Assembly: GCA_963796965.1 (NCBI GenBank)
Contig: CAWCNS010000003.1
Location: forward strand, 1 to 64,000
Direction of reading: 5' to 3'
Source: Calditrichia bacterium
Lineage (GTDB): Bacteria > Calditrichota > Calditrichia > JAJRVZ01
Length of the DNA: 64,000 bases
The position numbers and the translations under genes are program-made. Each line of letters begins with the position of its first letter. The stretch's first letter is position 1. This document shows positions 1 through 8,695 of the stretch, one piece after another. Below the pieces are notes generated by a model. It had not been told where the DNA came from and ran no database searches. It saw nothing but the letters and a program-made list of their open reading frames with translations.

Positions 1-41
1 ACAACCAGGTTAAAAATCTTATCATTTAAGGGAGGTGTAAT

Positions 42-524
42 ATGAAATTATTTATCCTTTTAATAGTGAGTTTTGTGTTGATTCTTACCTCATGTGAGTC
101 CTTTCAGGATGGTCCATTAGCGGTGGATCAAACGCAGGAAAATTTTTTAAAACCAAATCAGGAAGCATCCATCGATACAAAATTTAAAGTATGTAAAGCA
201 GAGTTTGAGGGATGTCAGATCGGTGAGATTTGTTGGAATAATAAGTCCTTTAATCTACCTGATTTTAAGTCTCAGCCTTTTACCATCACTTCCGTTGAAA
301 TTTGCATTATATCAGATAATGAAACGGCAAATTTATGCACAGAGATGTTTGGCCAAACATGTAATTCTCAGCTCTCCGATTGTCAGTTGGCGACTACTGT
401 TTGTTGGGACGGTGAATATCCGGAAGAACACCCGTTTTATAATGGATTTAATATTCAAATCTCCTCATCTGAATTACTGGAAAATGTCGAGGCTGTCTGT
501 TCAATCGCTTATACGATTCATTGA
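42..524 (+). CDS. Hypothetical Cys-rich lipoprotein
   Basis: GGAGG RBS at 31-35; hydrophobic signal with lipobox LTSC; 10 Cys; no family recognised. Confidence 0.75.
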   Translation: MKLFILLIVSFVLILTSCESFQDGPLAVDQTQENFLKPNQEASIDTKFKVCKAEFEGCQIGEICWNNKSFNLPDFKSQPFTITSVEICIISDNETANLCTEMFGQTCNSQLSDCQLATTVCWDGEYPEEHPFYNGFNIQISSSELLENVEAVCSIAYTIH

Positions 525-538
525 TGAAGAGATTTTTC

Positions 539-741
539 GACAGGATCACAGGATTGACAGGATTTTATCTAAAACAAATTCGTGCTCTTCGTGTATTATT
601 TGTGGATCTTCGTGACATTTATTTAGCCTCACGAAGTAACACAAAGAATTCATGGAGATCCACGAAGACATTTCTTTATTTTTATGAATAATCAATTAAT
701 CTGAAAAATCCTGTAAATCCTGTAAATCCTGTGATCCTGTC
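539..741. repeat. Inverted-repeat element of ~9-bp ACAGGATTT-like units, enclosing a second TTCGTG/CACGAA inverted repeat
   Basis: Left arm gacaggatcacaggattgacaggatttt (539-566); right arm aaaatcctgtaaatcctgtaaatcctgtgatcctgtc (705-741); inner arms ~579-615 and ~629-667. Confidence 0.85.
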
Positions 742-762
742 TAATAAAATAATCAACTATTT

Positions 763-855
763 ACGGATCTTGACGGATTTAAATTAGATTCCTTCCTTGG
801 ATAAGAAAAATTAGTGGGATTTTTTTTATCTGGCTACACATCTGTCGAGATCCGT
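763..855. repeat. Short inverted-repeat element (ACGGATC-type)
   Basis: acggatcttgacggat (763-778) pairs with atctgtcgagatccgt (840-855); the two mismatches are G-U compatible. Confidence 0.65.
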
Positions 856-898
856 TTTTGTGAAAGAACTTACCCCACCCTACCCCCAATTAAAATTT

Positions 899-978
899 TT
901 AACCATTTGGTTAATTTCTTCTTGACTTTTTATAATTACTTCAATATTTTAACTACAAGGTTTAACCATATGGTTAAA
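899..978 (+). promoter_or_regulatory. Sigma70-like promoter flanked by palindromic TetR-type operators
   Basis: TTGACT(922-927)-17 bp-TATTTT(945-950); palindromes ttaaccatttggttaa (899-914) and tttaaccatatggttaaa (961-978). Confidence 0.7.
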
Positions 979-1000
979 CTATTTGACAAAGAGGAGTAAG

Positions 1001-1621
1001 GTGGAATATAGCAGCGAAACAGAGCAAAAAATCCTTCAGGCTGCCAGTGAAGTTTTTTTACAAAAGGGCCGTGATGGGGCGAGAATGCAGGAAATTGCCG
1101 ATAAAGCGGGGATCAATAAAGCTTTGCTGCACTACTATTTCCGTTCTAAAGATAAATTATTCCGGACAATATTTAAGTTTGAATTGATTTCCATGCTTGA
1201 CAACATCTTTGGTACAATCAATCCCTCTGATAACTTCCAGGATTTTTTAAAAAAGTTCATCCATGAATATATGGCAAATATATCAGCGAGAAAAAATGTT
1301 ATGCGTTTTATCCTGTGGGAACTTGATAAATCAGCTGATCAGCTGGCTGAATGGTTTAAGGAGGCATTCCAAAAGCGTGGATTCACCAAAAATCCACTGG
1401 TGATGCGTATTGAAAAGGCCGTTGCCGAAGGAGAGATCAGACCTATCGATCCGGGGAATTTAACCCTTAGCCTTTTGGGTATGTCAGTTTTTCCCTTTGT
1501 GGCCGCCCCTCTTTTATACCAAATACTTCCCGGATTTGATTTGCAAAATAAGGACTATATTTCTAAACGTGAAAAGGCCATCTTTGAATTAATATGGGAT
1601 GGAATAAAAAATGAAGGATGA
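1001..1621 (+). CDS. TetR/AcrR family transcriptional regulator
   Basis: HTH ILQAASEVF..KG..GARMQEIADKAGINKALLHYYFRSKDKL; GTG 1001 follows GAGGAG RBS (ORF track starts at TTG 983). Confidence 0.95.
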   Translation: MEYSSETEQKILQAASEVFLQKGRDGARMQEIADKAGINKALLHYYFRSKDKLFRTIFKFELISMLDNIFGTINPSDNFQDFLKKFIHEYMANISARKNVMRFILWELDKSADQLAEWFKEAFQKRGFTKNPLVMRIEKAVAEGEIRPIDPGNLTLSLLGMSVFPFVAAPLLYQILPGFDLQNKDYISKREKAIFELIWDGIKNEG

Positions 1622-1625
1622 TCCT

Positions 1626-2964
1626 ATGAGAGTCAAAACACCTAATTGTAATCTTACCGGCTTGTATCCTGATCTTTCTGAGTCTCTCGATTAACCCATT
1701 GACCCTACAGGCACAGAAAAATCTCTCCTTGGAAGAAGCCTGGTCAATCGCCTTTAGAAATAATTATTCTATTGATCAACAGGAAAAGTTAATTGAGCGC
1801 GCCCAGGAGGAAATTGCTATTCAAAAAACTGAATATTATCCCAGTCTTTCAACTATGGGTGTTCTGGCTCGGGCAAATTTTGATAAATTCCCAATAAATA
1901 TTCCTAATACCTCCGGCAAGGTTGGACTGGACCTTTTAAACCTTTCGGTCACTCAACCAATATTTACCGGCTTCAGGACAAAAAATCTGGTCGAATCTGC
2001 GCGGGAAAAATTAGCCGCACAGGAAATTCAGAAAAAAATTATTTATAATACCGTGTTATTACAGGTGGGAAATCTTTATTATGATATTCAGTCCAATCTT
2101 CTTCAGCAGGAGGCACTAAATTCCAGTATAAATCGTTTAAATATACAACTCAGACGCGTTCAGAATCTTTACCTATCAGAACAGGCAACACCATTCGATA
2201 CCTTAGAAATATCAAACCGGAAATTACAAACTATCAATCATCTTGCTCTCTTGGAGGATGGTTATTTGATTCTTCAATCAAAATTAAAATATCTGCTAAA
2301 TGAGCAAAATATTCCCCCTGTGCAGAGACTTTCACCTGCTTCAGAGTCGTATTCCCTGGCAAAATCTGAAAATTTTTTAAATATCGCTCTTCAATTCCGA
2401 CCAGAATTACACAGTATTTCCGCACAAAAAAGAGCCCAGGAACTTTACTCTGATGTTCTAAAATCCAGATATTACCCACAACTATCAGCGAGTCTTGCCT
2501 ATAATTTTATGAAAATTCATGGTGACATTGCAAATGGTGAATGGACAAACTTCTATTCGATCCTGATTAACTTCCAGTGGGAATTATGGAACTGGAAGCG
2601 TGATTCCAAAAAAGTTCAACAATCCCGACTTGACATTCAATATCTGGATATTCAGGAAAAACAACTTACAGAAGACATCAAGCATCAGATTAATGTAGCC
2701 TATCAAAATTTATTATCCGCTCGTAAAAAAATTAAATTACAAAACAGGCTATTAGAGCAGGAAAAAGAGAGATATCGGATTACGGAAAATCGATATAATG
2801 AAGGGTTGGCAACATTTCTTGATCTAAATACGGCAGAACTTGCGCTGACTGAAGCCGAGACAGAATTACACAAGAACTATATCACCTGGTATAAAAATAA
2901 ACTTAAACTGGATTACGCCACGGGTGAGATTAACCAGAAATTAGTGGAGGCTCAAAATGAATAA
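1626..2964 (+). CDS. TolC-family outer membrane efflux protein; signal peptide separated by an apparent +1 frameshift at ~1635-1638
   Basis: TolC-type repeats (LSLEEAWSIA..N, YYPSLS, ALQFRPEL, RYNEGLATFLDL); removing one A gives MRVKHLIVILPACILIFLSLSINPLTLQAQ. Confidence 0.9.
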
Positions 2965-3835
2965 ATTATTACTCCTAATCATTTCATTATCCGTTTTACT
3001 CCAATTCGGTTGTGATGGATCTGATGAAGCTCTTGAATATACGGGAATCATAGAGGGAACAGCAGTAAAGGTTCCAGCCTTAACCCCCGGTAAAATAACT
3101 AAAATTTTTGTCAACTCCGGTGATATGGTTAAGGAGGGACAGATCCTGGCGACCATTGACAGTATAGATTTTCTTTATCAACGTGATCAGTTAACAGCAA
3201 CCCGTGAAGAATTAGTTATCCAAAACAGAATAGCCTCGTCGAATCTGGCCAGGGCTACTGAAGATTATAATTATCTGAAAATTAAACATGATCGTATCGC
3301 CTCTCTTTATAAATCTGAATCAGTAACAAAGCAACAACTTGACGATATAAGCAATAATCTTCAAAATGCCAATACAGCTGTCTCCAACAGCAGGCAATCC
3401 TTGAGCAGTATCGCTTTGAACAAGAAACGTATTGAGGCACAAATAAATTCAATCAATAAAAAGATACATGATTCAAGCATTACTGCGCCGCTTGAAGGTA
3501 TCATTACTGATATTTTCTACGAGCAAGGGGAGGCGGTACCACAATTTGGTCCTCTCATGGAAATAATTGACATCAAAAAACCTGAGGTAAAAATCTATAT
3601 ATCGCAAGAACTTCTATCTCAGATTAAATATGGGCAGGAAGTTCAGGTCAAAGCAGATGGTCAGGATGAAAAAAAAACCGGTAAGATTGTCTGGATCAGT
3701 CCAAAAGCGGAGTTTACCCCTAAAACCATTCTCACTCCGGATACCCGCACGTCGTTGGTTTATGCCGTAAATATCTCGATCCAAAATGAGGATCTCATCC
3801 TTAAACACGGCATGCCGGTGGTAATTTCACTGTAA
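2957..3835 (+). CDS. HlyD/YbhG-like membrane fusion protein (lipoprotein)
   Basis: Lipobox QFGC; GD.VKEGQILATID; ITAPLEGII; ISPKAEFTPKTI.T...R..LVYAV; LKHGMP. Confidence 0.93.
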   Translation: MNKLLLLIISLSVLLQFGCDGSDEALEYTGIIEGTAVKVPALTPGKITKIFVNSGDMVKEGQILATIDSIDFLYQRDQLTATREELVIQNRIASSNLARATEDYNYLKIKHDRIASLYKSESVTKQQLDDISNNLQNANTAVSNSRQSLSSIALNKKRIEAQINSINKKIHDSSITAPLEGIITDIFYEQGEAVPQFGPLMEIIDIKKPEVKIYISQELLSQIKYGQEVQVKADGQDEKKTGKIVWISPKAEFTPKTILTPDTRTSLVYAVNISIQNEDLILKHGMPVVISL

Positions 3836-4007
3836 TAATGGACGGAAATTTATAGATGATTAGTATAGATATAGTTGAGTTTCATTTAAAACTTTTTCAA
3901 TCATCTTACATCGCTAATAGGAATTAATTCTTTGCGGCTTTGCGTGAAAATTCTGTAACCAGATCAAGTTAGTGTAAGAATACCAAATGATTATTTAATA
4001 TGTGGAT

Positions 4008-4934
4008 ATGAGTATGGCTATTGTTGAAGTAAATAATTTTGTAAAAACGTATGGAGACGTACAGGCTGTAAAAGGCATATCCCTTGGGGTAAAGGAGGGC
4101 GAACTTTTTGGGTTGATAGGACCAGATGGAGCCGGAAAAACAACGTTACTGCGAACCATCTGCACGCTACTCCTTCCAGATAGTGGCTCAATTCATGTGC
4201 AGAATATGGATGTTACAAAAGAATCGGCAGCTATTCGTTCAATTTTGGGCTATATGCCACAGCGGTTTTCTTTATATCAAGATCTGACGGTTGCCCAAAA
4301 CATGCGTTTTTTTGCAGAATTATTTCAAGTTTCCCCTGAAGACCAAAAAATAAGAATGGCAGAACTATACCAATTTTCCAGGTTAGAACCCTTTAAAAAG
4401 AGGAGAGCGGGCGCCCTATCCGGTGGTATGAAACAAAAACTAGCATTATCCTGCGCTTTAATTCATACACCAGATATACTCATTCTTGATGAACCAACTT
4501 TTGGAGTGGATCCTGTGTCCAGAAAAGAGTTCTGGGACATATTGCACACCATCAGGGACAAGGGAACAACAATCATCGTGTCTACAGCCTACATGGATGA
4601 AGCAAATTTATGTGACCGTGTAGCCCTTTTCTTTAATGGTAAAATTTCAGTAACCAATAAGCCAGATATTCTTCGTGATAGTTTCAAATATCCTCTATTT
4701 CAAGTTCGGGGAAAAGATTTGACGGCCCTTAATACGATTTTTAATTCATATGATGGCATTCATACCATTCAAAAATTTGGTGACACTTTGCATATCAGTT
4801 TTTATCAATTACCGGGTGATAGGTTATGGCAACAGTGGAAAGAACAATCTAAGGGAGTTTTAATCGACTGGGAGACCATTGATCCTACTATTGAAGATGT
4901 TTTTCTTGATCAGATGGAGAATCAAAATGACTGA
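4008..4934 (+). CDS. ABC-2 exporter ATP-binding subunit (YbhF N-half-like)
   Basis: GPDGAGKTT, GYMPQRFSLY, LSGGMKQKL, LILDEPT; start uncertain (4002/4008/4014). Confidence 0.95.
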   Translation: MSMAIVEVNNFVKTYGDVQAVKGISLGVKEGELFGLIGPDGAGKTTLLRTICTLLLPDSGSIHVQNMDVTKESAAIRSILGYMPQRFSLYQDLTVAQNMRFFAELFQVSPEDQKIRMAELYQFSRLEPFKKRRAGALSGGMKQKLALSCALIHTPDILILDEPTFGVDPVSRKEFWDILHTIRDKGTTIIVSTAYMDEANLCDRVALFFNGKISVTNKPDILRDSFKYPLFQVRGKDLTALNTIFNSYDGIHTIQKFGDTLHISFYQLPGDRLWQQWKEQSKGVLIDWETIDPTIEDVFLDQMENQND

Positions 4935-5688
4935 CAACTCCTATGCTGTTGAAATTGATGGGCTTACACGTCGTTTTGGGAAATTTACAGCTGTCGACAA
5001 TGTATCCTTCAAAGTAAAAAAGGGTGAAATTTTTGGGTTTCTGGGCGCAAATGGTGCGGGAAAAACAACCCTTATACGCATGCTATGCGGTATCCTTGCA
5101 CCATCTGATGGCCATGCTATGGTAGCTGGATTCAATGTTAAAAATCAATCTGAAGAAATTAAAAAGAATATCGGCTACATGAGTCAACGATTTTCTCTCT
5201 ATGAAGATCTGACGATTGAAGAAAATATCAACTTCTATGGTGGCATATACGGATTACCCCCGCAAGTATTGCGAGAGAGAAAAAACAACTTACTCGAACA
5301 GGTTGGTTTATCGGATTCTGCAAATCGCCTTACAGGTGATCTGCCTCTCGGCTTTAAACAGCGACTTGCTTTGGGGTGTTCGCTGCTCCACGATCCATCA
5401 ATTCTGTTTCTTGACGAACCAACTTCCGGGGTGGATCCGAAAGCAAGACGAAATTTTTGGGATTTGATTTACGAAACCTGTGAATCAGGAAAAACAATAT
5501 TTGTGACGACACACTTTATGGATGAATCAGAATATTGCCATCGTGTTTCTATTATGCATGATGGTAAACTTATTGCATTGGATCAGCCCTTGCAGTTAAA
5601 GAGGAAATACAAAAAATCCACCATGCAGGATGTCTTTATTCATATAGTCAAAGAGGAAATTTCTAACATTACCCAGGGTGAAAAATGA
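4927..5688 (+). CDS. ABC-2 exporter ATP-binding subunit (YbhF C-half-like)
   Basis: GANGAGKTT, LPLGFKQRLAL, FLDEPTSGVDP, TTHFMDE; ATG 4927 overlaps the upstream stop. Confidence 0.95.
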   Translation: MTDNSYAVEIDGLTRRFGKFTAVDNVSFKVKKGEIFGFLGANGAGKTTLIRMLCGILAPSDGHAMVAGFNVKNQSEEIKKNIGYMSQRFSLYEDLTIEENINFYGGIYGLPPQVLRERKNNLLEQVGLSDSANRLTGDLPLGFKQRLALGCSLLHDPSILFLDEPTSGVDPKARRNFWDLIYETCESGKTIFVTTHFMDESEYCHRVSIMHDGKLIALDQPLQLKRKYKKSTMQDVFIHIVKEEISNITQGEK

Positions 5689-6827
5689 GTTCAACCATAA
5701 ACAATAAATCCTCTCATGCGCACTTAAGACGTATTTATGCAATCAGCAAAAAAGAATTCTTACATATTATTCATGACTCACGCAGCTTAATTATCATATT
5801 TATCTTACCTGTTTTACAATTAGTTATGTTTGGTTATGCCCTAAATATGGAGATCCAGAATATCGATCTGGCTGTAATTGATAAAAACAATACTGGTTTA
5901 TCACGGGAGCTTATCAGTACCTTCAGAGGAAGTCCCTATTTTTCTCCATTTTATTACAACGGTCCCATGGATAAAATCGATGAACTATTTTTAAATCGCG
6001 AAGCACAAGTTATCCTGATTATTGATCAGGATTTCCAACTTGAATATATACGTGATCATACCTCCTCCGTTCAGATTCTGATCGATGCCGCTGATCCAAA
6101 TGCAGCGATGATGATAAAACAATATAGTAATGGCGTGATAATGGCATTTAACGAAGCAGAAAATGGAAAACTCCCCTTGCCATTTGAAATAAAACCCAGA
6201 ATCTGGTACAACCCGGATCTTAAGAGTGATTATTTTTTTATTCCCGGTTTGGTCGCACTCATTCTGGTAATGATATCAGCACTCTTGACAAGCATTACCA
6301 TCACCCGTGAAAAAGAAATGGGTACGATGGAGCAAATATTGGTTTCGCCGATCAGACCAGTAGAAATTGTGCTCGGCAAAGTACTACCCTATATTGTCCT
6401 GGCATTTTTCGATGGACTTCTTATCCTCGTCTTAGGTATCACTATGTTTGACGTTCCATTTATAGGTAGTTATGTACTTTTATTCGCCTTATCAATCGCC
6501 TATATCATTACTTCTCTCGCTCTTGGGTTGATGATATCAACAGTTGTAAGTACACAGCAAGTAGCGATGATGGCTGCTTTGGCGGCCACCTTGCTTCCAA
6601 CACTCATGATATCCGGCTTTATCTTCCCCTTAAAATCAATGCCGGATATCTTGCAATATATTTCGTATATCGTTCCGGCCAAGTATTATCTGATTATTAT
6701 CCGCGGCATCATGCTCAAGGGAAATACATTAGCCCAGTTAACCATGCCCACATTATTCCTGGTTCTGCTTTCGGTTTTTCTATTGGGAACCGCCATCAGG
6801 AAGTTCAGTCTCAATTTGGAGAAATAA
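5685..6827 (+). CDS. ABC-2 exporter permease (YbhS-like)
   Basis: KEFLHI, WYNPDL, PGLVA, ITREKEMGTMEQILVSP, SGFIFP..SMP. Confidence 0.93.
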   Translation: MSSTINNKSSHAHLRRIYAISKKEFLHIIHDSRSLIIIFILPVLQLVMFGYALNMEIQNIDLAVIDKNNTGLSRELISTFRGSPYFSPFYYNGPMDKIDELFLNREAQVILIIDQDFQLEYIRDHTSSVQILIDAADPNAAMMIKQYSNGVIMAFNEAENGKLPLPFEIKPRIWYNPDLKSDYFFIPGLVALILVMISALLTSITITREKEMGTMEQILVSPIRPVEIVLGKVLPYIVLAFFDGLLILVLGITMFDVPFIGSYVLLFALSIAYIITSLALGLMISTVVSTQQVAMMAALAATLLPTLMISGFIFPLKSMPDILQYISYIVPAKYYLIIIRGIMLKGNTLAQLTMPTLFLVLLSVFLLGTAIRKFSLNLEK

Positions 6828-6828
6828 G

Positions 6829-7956
6829 ATGAAGGTTATTCGACATCTCTTGATAAAAGAATTCAAACAAATATTCCGAACCAAAGAGATGGTTGCGATC
6901 ATTTTTGGCATGCCTCTAATCCAGTTAATCGTACTTGGTTTTGCCATCACCAACGAAGTTAAAAATGTATCCCTGATCATTTCAGATCAGGATGACAGCC
7001 CAATTAGTAGAGAAATCGTCCATGCTTTTGAGAATACTGACCGCTTCCAAATTGTTGGCTATGAGAAAGATATTCGTGTAATTGAAAATTCAATTCAGAA
7101 TTGGGAAGCTCAGATGGCGCTTGTGATTCCCTCTGGATTTAGTAAAGATTTTCAGAGACGAGAAGGAGGTGAGATTCAACTACTTGCCGACGGGGTAGAT
7201 GGAAATTCTGCCGGCATTGCTACGGGCTATGCACAGAGCATTCTCTCATCATTTCAATCACCACCCACTATGACGCTCAGATTAATATCAAATCCCCAAA
7301 TGGCATCTATCAATATGGTGACTGTAAAAGAAAGGATGTGGTTTAATGAAGATCTGGATAATGCTCAATATATGATTCCGGGAATCATTTGTGTACTTTT
7401 GACTGTCGTTTCTATGATGCTTTCTTCCATTAACCTGGTTAGAGAGAAAGAAATCGGCACCTTAGAGCAACTAATGGTAACCCCAATTAAACGCTATCAA
7501 CTATTGTTAGGTAAAATTCTACCTTTTCTACTTTTAACTTTTATTGAATTGGGTATTGTAACTTTTTTTGGTAAACAAATATTTTCAATTGATATCAGAG
7601 GTAGCTATCTGCTTCTTAGCGTACTCTCTTTTCTTTTTTTATTCACCACCTTAGGTCTGGGAATATTTATCTCGACCATTACAGGCACACAGCAGCAGGC
7701 GATGTTTGTTTCCTGGTTTTTTATGGTCTTTATGATCATGCTCAGTGGATTTTTTATTCCTATTGATAACATGCCTGACTTTATTCAAAAACTCACTTAT
7801 TTAAATCCCATGCGTTATTATTTATATATTGTCAGGGATATTATTCAAAAGGACGCAAATTTTGTATATTTACTCAAAGATGCAATTCCAATGACTATCT
7901 ATGGTTTAGTGATTTTCATTGCCAGTACTTTGAAGTTTCAAAAACGGGTATCATAG
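6829..7956 (+). CDS. ABC-2 exporter permease (YbhR-like)
   Basis: KEFKQIFR, VREKEIGTLEQLMVTP, SGFFIPIDNMP, NPMRYY. Confidence 0.93.
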   Translation: MKVIRHLLIKEFKQIFRTKEMVAIIFGMPLIQLIVLGFAITNEVKNVSLIISDQDDSPISREIVHAFENTDRFQIVGYEKDIRVIENSIQNWEAQMALVIPSGFSKDFQRREGGEIQLLADGVDGNSAGIATGYAQSILSSFQSPPTMTLRLISNPQMASINMVTVKERMWFNEDLDNAQYMIPGIICVLLTVVSMMLSSINLVREKEIGTLEQLMVTPIKRYQLLLGKILPFLLLTFIELGIVTFFGKQIFSIDIRGSYLLLSVLSFLFLFTTLGLGIFISTITGTQQQAMFVSWFFMVFMIMLSGFFIPIDNMPDFIQKLTYLNPMRYYLYIVRDIIQKDANFVYLLKDAIPMTIYGLVIFIASTLKFQKRVS

Positions 7957-8198
7957 AATAGAACGCGGATAACATGGATGACGCTGATATTCGCCGATGA
8001 TATTAATATTCGGGATATTATTGTGAAAAACCGATTATGTCATGCTGAATTTATTTCAGCATCTTTTTGATTGGACTAAAGATCCCGAAACAAGTTCGGG
8101 ATGACATATGACATGTTTAAATTGAAATACATATTCCAGAGAAAATCGATATTTATATCCGTGGAGATCTGCGTCATCCATATCATCCGCGTTCTATT
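7957..8198. repeat. 42-bp inverted-repeat element (~9-bp period) enclosing a REP-like doublet
   Basis: aatagaacgcggataacatggatgacgctgatattcgccgat (7957-7998) versus its near reverse complement at 8157-8198; inner gtcatgctgaatttatttcagcatct ... agatcccgaaacaagttcgggatgac (~8036-8108). Confidence 0.85.
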
Positions 8199-8225
8199 TG
8201 TACATTTTCATAAGGATGCAAAAAG

Positions 8226-8402
8226 ATGACTACGATAATGCCAGAAAGCCAGCAATTGAAGCGGGCTGTTAAATGGATATCCGAACAATTGAAAGAAGAT
8301 GAACACCAATCAAAAATGTCACTGGTCAACGAGGCTACAATGAAATTTGATTTAAATCCAAAACAATCCATGCTGTTATTAAATTTCTATACACAAAAAT
8401 AA
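8226..8402 (+). CDS. Small hypothetical protein, 58 aa (below ORF-track cutoff)
   Basis: AAGGA RBS; MTTIMPESQQLKRAVKWISEQLKEDEHQSKMSLVNEATMKFDLNPKQSMLLLNFYTQK; amphipathic helical pattern. Confidence 0.75.
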   Translation: MTTIMPESQQLKRAVKWISEQLKEDEHQSKMSLVNEATMKFDLNPKQSMLLLNFYTQK

Positions 8403-8445
8403 TGTCCTCTCCCCACTATAATTATTGTTAATCAATAGAATAATT

Positions 8446-8471
8446 GAGACGCCTCGCCGAGGCGTCTCTAC
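8446..8471 (-). repeat. GTAG-type REP hairpin
   Basis: Minus strand reads GTAG-AGACGCCTCGGCGAGGCGTCT-C, a GC-rich palindrome in AT-rich spacer. Confidence 0.7.
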
Positions 8472-8695
8472 ACCATTATATTTTTTTCTATATTATAGGT
8501 ATTGGATTACTATATCCACCCACAATATCGCATACTCTACACCCCTCTCTTTTTACGAATAGGGACTTGGGAATAAGTTTTCAACCTATGGTTTCTTCCA
8601 GGAAATGCCTTATTCTTTCTTTTTAAAATCATTGCTTCGCTTTAATCTAATTTTTAGATTAATGATATCACATCGCTGCCAACCAGGATCCCATC

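Noticed and set aside
205..615. 136-aa alternative-frame ORF
   Set aside because: Overlaps the RBS-supported lipoprotein and runs into repeat DNA
539..741. Possible CRISPR array
   Set aside because: Units are 8-10 bp tandem and inverted, with no 25-40-bp repeat/unique spacer pattern and no cas genes
8403..8695. TnaC-like leader peptide upstream of tnaA
   Set aside because: No short Trp-containing ORF with the W-x3-D...P-stop pattern recognised; ORFs 8444-8626 and 8605-8805 lack RBS support
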